A stretch of 64,000 nucleotides of DNA from Azolla caroliniana (taxonomy: Eukaryota > Plantae > Polypodiophyta), in NCBI GenBank assembly GCA_043228905.1, contig JBHGNT010000018.1, positions 5,332,001 through 5,396,000 of the forward strand, in the 5' to 3' direction. How positions within the stretch are numbered: position 1 is the stretch's first letter; each line of letters begins with the position of its first letter. The notes beneath the pieces were generated by a model. The model made no database searches. It saw only the letters and a list, made by a program, of their open reading frames with translations, and was not told the DNA's origin. The translations under genes and the position numbers were made by a program. Of this stretch, positions 1 to 10,678 are shown piece by piece.

Positions 1-240
1 ACACATAAAACAAGCTTTTGGGTCTGTTCGTAGTATTTCTAACCTATAACGTAGCTCACTCTGAAACAATATTGCGGCACCTCAAGATCCTTAAGTAGTT
101 TGTTGACATGAAGTTTTTCTAAATACTGATTCCTAACAAAAACCTTCAACTCGTCAAAATCCTCTATTTGGGCTTTTGTGTGTTTTTACTAGGAAAAGTA
201 TATCTAATATCTCTAAAATCTTCTCTAATCGAACAAGGTT

Positions 241-282
241 GTCTAAAGTGCAACATTACAAGTCTAAAGTGCAACATTACAA
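241..282. repeat. 21-bp tandem duplication
   Basis: gtctaaagtgcaacattacaa is present twice in tandem. Confidence 0.85.
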
Positions 283-334
283 TCCCACAAGGTCATCCTT
301 TTTATATTTTCTGTCAAATGGGCCACATATCATC

Positions 335-600
335 AATTGATGGCACACGCATTTATTATCACTTGTCTATCTCCATAAAAGGCGTGATTCCCCTCTTCGC
401 GAGCCTACATGACTCATGGCATACATGTCTTGCGATGCTAAATTTGCATCTTGGTAAGGTCTTCATCCAGGTAGATAGGGTCCCCTCGAATTAAAGTCCT
501 TGGAGAATTGGTCTCTTCTTATCAAAGATCACTAGACTGGATTCTAATTCTTTAAATTAAAGCACTAGGGCTCTCTCTTTCTAGTGGTGTCACGCCCGAC
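335..600 (-). mobile_element. Degenerate LINE ORF1-like C-terminal remnant
   Basis: Minus-strand translation RGDPIYLDEDLTKMQI*HRKTCMP*VM*AREEGNHAFYGDRQVIIN resembles the IYLDEDLT...AR..G..AF C-terminus of non-LTR ORF1 proteins; several stops. Confidence 0.45.
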
Positions 601-989
601 CCTCCATGTTTAACGTCCCATAGAATATAGCGGGGGGTTGGCCGCTTGTTGCAATTATGCCAGTGCAAGGCTCAATCAAGTGGGGAAATATATGTTGGCT
701 ATCATGGCAGACTGCAATTGGCAAATACGAACATCAGGACGGGATGACTTTGGTGATAAAAGCACAAGAGGTCTTTTTCTCCTCTAGCGGTAATGTCCAC
801 TCCACTCTTCTTAATGACAAATCTCAAGAGGTGTTGGAATTGGTCAACCCAATAACTCTTTGGATTCTATGGAAACAATGATGTAGGCGAGTCTTCTCAA
901 ACCAAACCGCACATCCAACAAGGTTACTGCAAGAGATATGGAGTGAAATTGTATCCACTTTGAAGAGCCAATATGATGGCCTTAAGGGC

Positions 990-1185
990 GGCTCCGATGG
1001 AGTTGAAAGACAACAAATAGCCTTCATCCAACAATGGTCGTCCTTTCCCTTTCTTAAGTCAGTGGGCATCCACATAAGATGGAACTATCGCGTCCCTACA
1101 AGGATTTGTACATAATCATCTCATTTGTAAAATTTTATAACTAATGGAAAGAGTATTTTTTTAGAAAAAAAGAAAGAAAAAAGAG
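990..1185. repeat. ~200-bp dispersed repeat, also at ~16472-16690 (upstream of RLK gene 3)
   Basis: Co-linear blocks atggag.t.aaaga / agccttca.ccaacaatggtcgtcc / ccctttctt.agt.agtgggc.tccacataagat.gaactat / tgtaaaatttt.taa / ggaaagag in the same orientation at both sites. Confidence 0.75.
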
Positions 1186-1284
1186 ATGCACCTTCCTTGA
1201 GTCAGGTGACAAGTAAATTTAGGCATCAAGCTTGACACATTTTCTTTTCTTTGAGGGCAGTGTTTCCAATTTTTTTATTTTTTA

Positions 1285-1666
1285 TTTTTTAATGTTTCGT
1301 TTTACTACATCTACCCATATTCTTTTAGCTTGTTCCATGTCTTTTTAAACTTATTCTTTAACTTTTTTCATCTCTTCCTTAATATCTTCTAGATAAGATA
1401 TTTTTCTGTCTTCCCTAAATTAGTAAATACCTCGAAGTTATGGATTTGTGTTTTGAGGTCGATGTTTTCTAGTTTGGGTTTTTCTATTTTGACTTTTAGT
1501 ACATCCTTTTCTTCTCATATTTTTTCATGTGTGTTTTTGCTTCTTTTGCCCATTTTTTTATATCATTCTCGATTTTTACTAGACCATTAAAAATGTCTAA
1601 GAAATCATTCTTACTAATGACCTCATCATGTATTTCTTTAATTTCCTTAAGTCGTTTGGAATTCAT
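1285..1666 (-). mobile_element. Possible N-terminal coiled-coil part of the same LINE ORF1 remnant
   Basis: Frameshifted K/E-rich reading MNSKRLKEIKEIHDE...SYLEDIKEEMKKLK...DMEQAKRIWVDVVK on the same strand as the 335-600 remnant. Confidence 0.3.
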
Positions 1667-1849
1667 TTTAGCGTACAGGGAGCAATATATGAAGAGAGGA
1701 GAGAAAACCTAACCAAGCTTGTGTGGACAAACCATTCACTTTGGTGGGTTTGTGAGCATTTTGTCGATTACTTATGCATCCACGCAACACGCAACAACAC
1801 CATAATAGGAGGGAAGTAAGTCAAATGTAGGGGAGCACGACTATCTCAA

Positions 1850-1850
<1 letters not shown>

Positions 1851-1882
<32 letters not shown>
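1851..1882. repeat. (CA)16 microsatellite
   Basis: Direct reading. Confidence 0.95.
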
Positions 1883-1886
<4 letters not shown>

Positions 1887-2080
1887 AGAGAATTAGACAC
1901 TCATGATAAAACCCTTGTTATCTAGAGCTAAAGCTAGTTTGGGCCAAACTGGTTTAGGCTTGATTGGTTTGGCTCAAATCGGTTAAGCCTTCCAATTGGG
2001 TTTAGGGATCAATTGGGTGTAGGTTCGACAACCCCTAAATCGCTCTAGGTTTTCGTCAGCCGACCAAGGATTGGTTGAAT

Positions 2081-5000
2081 CAGTCCGTAGTTCTGCGCCT
2101 GAACCACGAATGACATGCAAAAGTGTGATGATTGTGTTCAATCATACATTCATCAAAAGGTGTTCAGGGGCTTTTTTTGTGTGTGTCTACATGGATCTTA
2201 TTTTCAAAGATGCCCCCCCCCCCCCCTCTCTCTCTCTTTCATAAAATCAAAAACATTTTTATTACTCTTCAAACACATTATAAATTTATATGTATGTTGG
2301 TTGTATGTACTCTTCAAAAAACACATTGAAAGACTTTGTTCCAAGAACAAAAGAACACTCTGTTCCCCTATGGCTCCCCAATTCCTCTTCTTCTTCTTCT
2401 TCTTCCTTCTTCTTCCTCTGTTTCCTAGCTCCCATGTCAGAGGAGTCATGGCAACACGATGGTACGAGGCCGGCATGGAAAATGCACATTTCTGGGCTAG
2501 TACTTCTACTTCTTTCTCTGCATACTGGCTCTCTGATAATGGAAACTTCACCTTTGGCTTCAAATCCTTAGGCCCCCAACAATACCTTCTCTGCATTTGG
2601 ATGACTGCAGACACAAACAAAACCCCTCTTTGGTGGCCGCCCATCGATAACCCTGTTCTCTCACAGAACGGAGCCATTCTCTCCTTCACACAAAATGGAA
2701 ACCTTGAGCTTTTTAATGGAAACCTGCAGATAATTTGGAACGCTCCTACCTTGAATGCTTCATTCGCAAAGCTTCGAAACAATGGAAATCTTCAGCTTCT
2801 CGATGGGACAAAGGAAAATATACTCTGGCAAAGCTTCATTGACCGACGTGACACCCTAATAGTGAACCCAAGAGATGATGATTCTAGTTACCCATTAACT
2901 TCTTTACTGATTAATCAAACTGTTCTATTGCAATCTCAGTCAAGCTATGTTTCCGGAAGGTTCCATCTTGAGATTGATGAATACCCAAATATTTCTTTAC
3001 ACGCATTTGATAGTGCCCATAATGTGGATTTTGTTTATGCATTTGCGCAATTGAATGTGACTGAAGATTTTTTTGGCCTTACCGGAGACAGGGGGAAAAT
3101 ATATAAAGTAAATTCATCCATGTCTACAACTCTTCTTCGATTAGACCCTGATGGAAACCTGAGGATCTATGTCTGGAATACCTTGCTGTCAACATGGGAC
3201 AAGACATGGCAACTTATTGACAACAAATGCTTTACAGGAAGCCCTTGTGGCGTGTTCGGCATTTGCAAGGAAAATATAGATGGGTCTCTTGGTTGCACCT
3301 GTCCAGCCGGTTATAAAGCCCTGGATCCCCACTCTAATTCACTCGGGTGTAATAGTAGCTTCAACCTGACCAGTGCATGTGATAAATCGGGTGGTAATGA
3401 TAGTGATGGGTGGTTCTACATGGCTGAAAACAGGCAAAGTGATTATAGCTTCAATGACTTGACCCAAAGGAATGGCACTGATATAGAGGGTTGCAAAAAA
3501 CTATGCTTGGACGATTGTCATTGTATTGCGGCATCATTTAGGACAAGTGACGAAATGTGTGTACTAATGGGTAACCAAAACACATCACTTTTCATGAATG
3601 GCTACTTCAAAGATGGTAGTACTCTATTGATGAAGGTATTGGTCTCGACGAGTAATGGAAGGGTGAAGAAACGGGTGGTTGTTGTCTGGGTAGGTGTGGT
3701 GATCGCCATGGTAGTTATGGTCATTGCCATTGGCATCATAAGTAGGTGGTTGAAGAGAAACCAAGGCCATGGATGTGGACCGATGATGTTTGGAAAGAGC
3801 AGAGGTTTTGAGTATCGAGTGATGATGGGAGATGGTGGACCCATCAAGTTTACATACCGTCAGCTGGTAGAGGCAACTCAGAATTTCAGTGAGTTGTTGG
3901 GTGAAGGGGGCTTTGGGAGAGTATACAAAGGCAGAATCATAGTGATAGTCGACAAAGGGGGAAATGCAATAGAAAAGAGACTCCCTGTTGCTGTGAAGGT
4001 ACTGAAAAGCAGCAGTGGTGGAGACCATGCAGAAGCTGAAAAGCAATTCAAGGCAGAAGTGGGCACTCTTGGCAAGATCCATCACATCAATTTAGTCTCA
4101 CTATTGGGCTACTCCATCAGAGAGCGAGCTGAAGAGAAGAGTATCTTAGTATATGAATACCTAGAAAATGGATCCTTGAGCAAGTTCCTCTCCGAAGAAG
4201 CGAAGCCACCGCCGTCATGGGGAGCTCGGTATTCTATAGCTCTTGGAACCGCACGAGGCATTGCATATCTTCATCATGACTGCAAGCCACAGATATTGCA
4301 CTGTGACATAAAGCCTCAGAATGTGCTCTTAGACCATGATTTTATGGTGAAAGTCGCCGACTTTGGACTGGCGAGGCAGTTCGAAGAATTGAATAGTCAC
4401 TTAACTATGTCTTGCATACGAGGGACAAGGGGCTACATGGCCCCCGAATGGTTGAAAACTGTGGAGATCACATCGAAAGCAGATGTCTACAGCTATGGTA
4501 TGGTGCTACTAGAGCTTGTGAGGGGATTTCCTGAGAGAGGAGATGATGGTGAATCACTTGTGGAGTGGGCATACCAGTTCATTTCATCAAACCAAGAAGG
4601 GGAACATAAAGAACCAAGCATTTCAATTGGAGAAGGGGACCCAGTAGTTAACTTGTTACAACCAGATAAGTTAAAGGAGAGTATCGAGAAAATCCGACTC
4701 TTGAAAATTGGGCTGTGGTGCGTTCAGTATCAGCCTCAGTTACGGCCATCGATGTTACGGATTCTTCAGCTCCTCGAAGGAAATGATATCGAAGTCAGTT
4801 TCCCTCCTTACCCATCTTCCAGATTGGTCTTAGAAGGTAATGAAGACCATAGCACTTCTACAAATATAAATTCCTACATCTTTGCAAGGTAGCTAGCAAG
4901 CAATTCACATTCAACATCCAGCAAACTCATGGATAAAAATGGGGCTCTAGTATATATCAGTATATGCTACTGTATAGTACATTTTGGTATATGAATCTAC

Positions 5001-6035
5001 ATACATATACATGTATATATACTACATATATTTGTTATTCAACATAATCTTTGACAGGAGCCATCATAAGTATATTGCCTGGGTTTTGCCTTTGTTTTCA
5101 TGAAATGGTTTATATATAAACATTTCAACAATTGCAAGAAGTGTTGCTGGTTCCATTATGATTCCAAATCGTGCTTTCCTATGTCTAAACATAAGAGCTT
5201 AAATCATATGGTAAAATAATGCATACTACTTTCCTAAGAAAACTTAACACTGTCGTTCAAAATAGTGACTGAAATTTGAGCATAATAATTTTTCATTGCA
5301 ATAGACAGAGAAGGCCTATCCTAATCATCTTCGTCTCAATTATTGGTGAAGAATACAAACCTACCTTATATTTTCTGTTACATTCACATGTTCCCCAATG
5401 AATAGTAGGCCTTCTTTGATCCAATTAATAGCACATTCATTCCATCTAATATTGGAGGGTACAAACCTAAATTATTTGAAGATTTCTACTTCGGTTTGGA
5501 AGAGTCTCAACAAGCATTATCTATGTTGTAGACATATTAACATTCATTCAATTGCTAGCATGCAAAACATCTACACGATTTGTGTGTACCTTTACTATAT
5601 ATTCCATAAAAGCAATGTATCATGCGTGTATAACAAAAGTATGATTGCGACATTCATAATTGTAAACTCTTCATGCCCTTTTGTTGTACAAACTCATCAC
5701 AAGTGTGTCCCACTTCATCAATGCTACAAGAGTGAGTGGGACTTGGAAACCTTTTTACGGGGCCCGGGATTGCATGAGTGCACAAAAGGCATGAATGCAC
5801 ATATCTAGTAGACATTAGGGATTGGATTGAGGCTATATAATGCCCACAAGGTTTGAAAATTTTCATTCCATCACTTTGTATTAATATTATATTCATTTCA
5901 AACTTCCCGATAGACTCTTTAACTGATTGATGACCACACCCAATATGTGTCATACAAAGAAAAGAAAATCCATTACTTATTCAAACCATTGTATTTACAA
6001 GTTGGAAAGATTAAATTTTGGATATGAGCAAACAA
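2081..6035 (+). repeat. Left arm of large inverted duplication
   Basis: Reverse-complement match to 6607-10856 covers the promoter (cagtcc..gaaccacgaatgaca), the CDS and ~1.1 kb of 3' flank (…aaagaaaatccatta.ttattcaaaccatt…ggatat.ggcaaaca). Confidence 0.88.
2370..4892 (+). CDS. G-type lectin S-receptor-like Ser/Thr kinase (SD2-like, non-RD), gene 1, ~840 aa
   Basis: Signal peptide MAPQFLFFFF, B-lectin (WLSDNGNFTFGF...GNLQL...LWQSF), LRLDPDGNLRIY, EGF CxxxxPCG.FGIC, PAN CKKLCLDDCHC, TM helix, kinase GEGGFGRVY / VAVK / HCDIKPQN / DFG / GTRGYMAPE. Start at 2370 chosen because paralogs 2 and 3 begin at the same MAP. Confidence 0.93.
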   Translation: MAPQFLFFFFFFLLLPLFPSSHVRGVMATRWYEAGMENAHFWASTSTSFSAYWLSDNGNFTFGFKSLGPQQYLLCIWMTADTNKTPLWWPPIDNPVLSQNGAILSFTQNGNLELFNGNLQIIWNAPTLNASFAKLRNNGNLQLLDGTKENILWQSFIDRRDTLIVNPRDDDSSYPLTSLLINQTVLLQSQSSYVSGRFHLEIDEYPNISLHAFDSAHNVDFVYAFAQLNVTEDFFGLTGDRGKIYKVNSSMSTTLLRLDPDGNLRIYVWNTLLSTWDKTWQLIDNKCFTGSPCGVFGICKENIDGSLGCTCPAGYKALDPHSNSLGCNSSFNLTSACDKSGGNDSDGWFYMAENRQSDYSFNDLTQRNGTDIEGCKKLCLDDCHCIAASFRTSDEMCVLMGNQNTSLFMNGYFKDGSTLLMKVLVSTSNGRVKKRVVVVWVGVVIAMVVMVIAIGIISRWLKRNQGHGCGPMMFGKSRGFEYRVMMGDGGPIKFTYRQLVEATQNFSELLGEGGFGRVYKGRIIVIVDKGGNAIEKRLPVAVKVLKSSSGGDHAEAEKQFKAEVGTLGKIHHINLVSLLGYSIRERAEEKSILVYEYLENGSLSKFLSEEAKPPPSWGARYSIALGTARGIAYLHHDCKPQILHCDIKPQNVLLDHDFMVKVADFGLARQFEELNSHLTMSCIRGTRGYMAPEWLKTVEITSKADVYSYGMVLLELVRGFPERGDDGESLVEWAYQFISSNQEGEHKEPSISIGEGDPVVNLLQPDKLKESIEKIRLLKIGLWCVQYQPQLRPSMLRILQLLEGNDIEVSFPPYPSSRLVLEGNEDHSTSTNINSYIFAR

Positions 6036-7894
6036 CTAATAGGTTTCATTGATTATCACGTTATGTTTTATTAAACGCATTTGTTGATATCATCTAATGT
6101 GATGATTTGAAACAAATCCACTCTACGAAGGATGTATAAGATGGCATGCAATTATTTGGCAATTCCAGCTTCATTAGTCCCTTCAGAGGAAACTAACTCC
6201 AAAGCTCGTTATAACTTTTAGGTGGAGATGTGCATTACATTGTGATTGGATTTATTTCATAGTGTAAACATTTCTATATCCGAAGATATTAATGATGCAT
6301 ACAATAGTTTAGATATGGGATGATGTTATGGAATGCTTTGATTTGTCGAGAACAACCTTGTAGAAAGTGTGCACATCGTCATTGAAGGGAAAGAGAGATG
6401 AGAGATGGTTAGCTAATTTCATTTCGCTTATATAAATAATTTAAGGAAAACAGAGCCACTCGTACTTTTAGAAGAAAATGACCATATTTGCAAGGCCTTT
6501 GTGTGTATTTGTTTCTTTTTGTATAATCATTATCGGTTTTGATTTTTTTTCAATGAGTCAATTTATTGTTGTTTGCTCTTATAATGTCAGTTGTCCTAAT
6601 CAGACAATGTTTGCCCATATCCAAATATAAATCCATCTTTCCAAAACGTACATACAAATGGTTTGAATAAATAATGGATTTTCTTTACTTTGAATGACAT
6701 ATATTGGGTATGGTCATCTATAAGTCAAGGCATCTATTGGGAAGTTTGAAATCACTGAACATAAATTTAATACGAAATGACAGATCAAAAAATTTCAAAC
6801 CTTGTGGGCATTATAGGGCTCTCAAACCAATCCTTATGTCTAATAGATATTTGCATTCCTGCCTTTTTGTGCAATCATGCATTCCCGGGCCCTTAAAAAG
6901 GCTTCCAAGTCCCACTCACTCTTGTAGTAGCATTGATGAAGTGGGACACGTTTGTGATGAGTTTGTGCCACAAGAGGGCATGAAAAGGTTACAATTATGA
7001 ATGTTGCAATCATACTTTTGTTAAACACAAAAAAACAATACATTGCTTTTATGAATTATAGAGCCTGGAGATGTTTTGCATGCTAGCAATTGATAGAATA
7101 TTAATGTCTAAAACATAAATAATGTTTGTTACGACTCTCAACAAGGATAAGCCATGCTTTGCCTATGAATCAAACTCTTCCAAACCTTACTAGATATCTT
7201 GAAATAATTTAGGTTTGTACCCACCAATAGTAGATGGAATGAATGTGCTATTAACTGCTTCAAAGAGGGCCAATTATTCATTGGGCGGACGTGTGAATGT
7301 AAGAGAAATCGTAAGGTAGGATTGCATTCCTCACCAAGACTCCAGAATTAGATGATTAGGATGGGACTTCTTTGTCTATCGCAATGAAATTTTTTATGCT
7401 TAAACTTCAATCAAACATTGGACAACCAAGCCCTATGACCGTCATCATCACCATGCATTATCATAATCTCATCTTTCACAGCATCAAGATTCATCTTTGT
7501 GTTAACAATGCCAATGAATGGATCCATGATATGAGGTGTTCACCTTAGCCTCATGCCACATTTTACCATATGATTTAAGATCTTATGTTTAGACATTGGC
7601 CAATTTGGAATCATAGATGGGTGCATAATGATATAATGGAACCAACAACTCTTCTTGCAATTGTTCAAGGTGTTTACATACACTTCATTACATGAAAAGA
7701 AAGGCAAATGCCGGCTATATACATATGATGGCTCCTGTCAAAGATTATGTTGACAAATATAAGTAGGATATATACATGTATATGTATGTAGATTCATATA
7801 CCAAAAATGTATTATGCAGTGGCATATACTGATACACTGGAGCCCCATTTTTATCCATTAGTTTGCTGGACGTTGAATGTGAATTGCTTGCTAG

Positions 7895-10411
7895 CTACCT
7901 TGCAGAGATGTAAGAATTTATAGTTGTAGAGGTACTATAGTCTTCATTACCTTCTAAGGCCACTCTAGAAGATGGGTAAGGAGGGATCTTGACTTCGATA
8001 TCATTTCCCTCGAGGAGCTGAAGAATCCGCAACATCGATGGCCGTAACTGAGGCTGATACTGAACGCACCATAGCCCAATTTTCAAGAGTTGGGTTTTCT
8101 CGATACCCTCCTTTAGCTTATCTGGTTGTAACAAATTCACTGCTGGGTCCCCTTCTCCATTTGAAATGCTTGCTTCCTTATGTTCCCCATCTTGGTTTGA
8201 TGAAATGAACTGGTATGCCCAATCCACAAGTGATTCACCATCATCTCCTCTCTCAGGAAATCCCCTCACAAGCTCTAGTAGCACCATACCATAGCTGTAG
8301 ACATCTGCTTTCGATGTGATCTCAACGGTTCTCAACCATTCGGGAGCCATGTAGCCCCTTGTCCCTCGTATACAAGACATAGTTAAGTGGCTATTCAATT
8401 CTTCGAACTGCCTTGCCAGTCCGAAGTCAGCGACTTTCACCATAAAATCATGGTCTAAGAGCACATTCTGAGGCTTTATGTCACAGTGCAATATCTGTGG
8501 CGTGCACTCATGATGAAGGTATGCAATGCCTCGTGCGGTCCCTAGAGCTATAGAGTACCGTGCTCCCCATGAGAGTGGTGGTTCCACCTCTTCCGAGAGG
8601 AACTTGCTCAAGGATCCATTTTCTAAGTATTCATATACTAAGATACTCTTCTCTTGAGCTCGCTCTCTGATGCAGTAGCCCAGAAGTGAGACTAGATTGA
8701 TGTGATGGATCTTGCCAAGAGTGCCCACTTCTGCCTTGAATTGCTTTTCAGCTTCTGCATGACCCCCACCTCTGCTGCTTTTCAGTACCTTCACAGCAAC
8801 AGGGAGTCTCTTTTCTCTTGCATTCCCCCCCTTGTCGACTATCACAATGATTCTGCCTTTGTATACTCTCCCAAAGCCTCCTTCACCCAACAACTCACTG
8901 AAATTCTGAGTTGCCTCTACCAGCTGCTGGTATGTGAACTTAATGGGTCCACCATCGCCCATCATCACTCGATACTCAAAACCTCTGCTCTTTCCGAACA
9001 TCATCGGTCCACATCCATGGCCACGATTTCTCTTCAACCACCTACTCATGATGCCAATGGCAATGACCATAACTACCATGGCAATTACCACACCTACCCA
9101 GACAATCTTCACCCTTCCATTACTTGTCGAGACCAATACCTTCATCAATAGAGTACTACCATCTTTGAAGTAGCCATTCATAAGAAGTGATGTGTTTTGG
9201 TTACCCATCAGGACACAAGTTTTGTCACTCATCCTAAATGATGCTGCAATACAATGACAATTGTCCAAGCATAGTTTTTTGCAACCCTCTATATCAGTAC
9301 CATTCCATTGGGTCAAGTCATTGAAGCTATAATCACTTTGCTTGTTTTCGGCCATGTAAAACTGCCCGTCCGTATTATTACCGCCTGATTTATCACATGC
9401 ACTGGTCAGGCTGAAGCTACTATTACACCCGAGTGAATTAGAGTGGGGATCCAGGGCTTTATATCCGGCTGGACAGGTGCAACCAAGAGACCCATCTATG
9501 TTTTCCTTGCAAATGCCGTAGGCGCCACAAGGGCTTCCTATCAAGCATTTGTTGTCAATAAGTTGCCATGTCTTGTCCCATGTGGACAGCAAGGTATTCC
9601 AGACATAGATCCTCAGGTTTCCGTCAGGGTCTAATCGAAGAAGAGTTGCAGACATGGATGAATTTACTTTATATATTTTACCTCCGTCTCCCTTAAGCCC
9701 CAATGAATCTTCAGTCATATTCAATTGTGCAAATGCATAAACAAAATCTACATTATGGGCACTATCAAATGCGTGTAAAGAAACATTTGGGTATTCATCA
9801 ATCTCAAGATGGAACCTTCCGGAAACATAGTTCGACTGAGATTGCAATAGAATACTTTTATCGATCAGTAAAGAAGTTAATGGGTAACGAGAATCATCTG
9901 AATCTCTTGGGTTCACTATTAGAATGTCATGGCGGTCACTGAAGCTTTGCCAGAGTATATTTTCCTTTGTCACATCGAGAAGCTGAAGATTTCCATTGTT
10001 TTGGAACCTCGCGAATGAAGCATTCACAGTGGGGGCGTTCCAAACGATCTGTAGGTTCCCATTAGTAAGCTCAAGCTTTCCATTGCGTGCGAAGGTGAGA
10101 CTGGCTCCATCCTGTGAGAGAATAGGGTTATCGGTGGGAGGCCACCAGAGAGGTGTTTTTTTTGGGTCTGCAGTCATCCAGATGCAGAGGAGGTACTGTT
10201 GGGGGCCTAAGGATTTGAAGCCAAAGGTGAAGTTTCCATTATCAGAGAGCCAGTATGCAGAGAAAGAGGTAGAAGTACTAGCCCAGAAACGGGCATCGGT
10301 GCTGCCGGCCTCGTACCATCGTGTTGCCATGGCTCCTCCGCCATGGGAGCTAGGAAACAGAGGAAGAAGAAGAAGAAGAAGAAGGAAGAAGAAGAAGAAT
10401 TGGGGGGCCAT
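7895..10411 (-). CDS. G-type lectin S-receptor-like kinase, gene 2 (838 aa), close paralog of gene 1
   Basis: Intact single-exon ORF with the same domain motifs; HCDIKPQN non-RD. Confidence 0.95.
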   Translation of the reverse strand: MAPQFFFFFLLLLLLLPLFPSSHGGGAMATRWYEAGSTDARFWASTSTSFSAYWLSDNGNFTFGFKSLGPQQYLLCIWMTADPKKTPLWWPPTDNPILSQDGASLTFARNGKLELTNGNLQIVWNAPTVNASFARFQNNGNLQLLDVTKENILWQSFSDRHDILIVNPRDSDDSRYPLTSLLIDKSILLQSQSNYVSGRFHLEIDEYPNVSLHAFDSAHNVDFVYAFAQLNMTEDSLGLKGDGGKIYKVNSSMSATLLRLDPDGNLRIYVWNTLLSTWDKTWQLIDNKCLIGSPCGAYGICKENIDGSLGCTCPAGYKALDPHSNSLGCNSSFSLTSACDKSGGNNTDGQFYMAENKQSDYSFNDLTQWNGTDIEGCKKLCLDNCHCIAASFRMSDKTCVLMGNQNTSLLMNGYFKDGSTLLMKVLVSTSNGRVKIVWVGVVIAMVVMVIAIGIMSRWLKRNRGHGCGPMMFGKSRGFEYRVMMGDGGPIKFTYQQLVEATQNFSELLGEGGFGRVYKGRIIVIVDKGGNAREKRLPVAVKVLKSSRGGGHAEAEKQFKAEVGTLGKIHHINLVSLLGYCIRERAQEKSILVYEYLENGSLSKFLSEEVEPPLSWGARYSIALGTARGIAYLHHECTPQILHCDIKPQNVLLDHDFMVKVADFGLARQFEELNSHLTMSCIRGTRGYMAPEWLRTVEITSKADVYSYGMVLLELVRGFPERGDDGESLVDWAYQFISSNQDGEHKEASISNGEGDPAVNLLQPDKLKEGIEKTQLLKIGLWCVQYQPQLRPSMLRILQLLEGNDIEVKIPPYPSSRVALEGNEDYSTSTTINSYISAR

Positions 10412-10451
10412 GGAGGAACAGAGTGTTTGTTTGTTGGTCTTTCAATGTGTT

Positions 10452-10678
10452 TGTTTGGAGAGTTATGTTTAAATGTAATGTTTATAAATTATAAATGTGT
10501 TTGATTTATGTTTGGAGAGTTATGTTTAAATGTAATGTATAAAATCATAATGTGTTTGATTTATGTTTGGAGAGTTATGTTTAAATGTAATGTATAAAAT
10601 CATAATGTGTTTGATTTTATGTTTGGGAGAGTTATGTTTAAATGTAATGTTAATAAATTATAAATGTGTTTGATTTGA
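10452..10678. repeat. ~56-bp x4 tandem repeat just upstream of the gene 2 start codon
   Basis: Unit gtttggagagttatgtttaaatgtaatgtataaa.t.ataatgtgtttgatttat at ~10453, 10510, 10565 and 10621. Confidence 0.9.

Noticed and set aside
1917-2070. Short ggttt/aaacc-rich segment, possibly a MITE or telomere-like repeat
   Set aside because: No terminal inverted repeats, TSD or tandem TTTAGGG array found
2115-2369. 85-aa N-terminal extension of gene 1 in the ORF track
   Set aside because: It runs through poly-C/CT tracts, would bury the signal peptide, and is not in frame with the ATG in paralog 2
5398-7043. Similar short ORFs on opposite strands (KSMIATFIIV…)
   Set aside because: Explained by the inverted duplication of non-coding 3' flank; frames are not conserved
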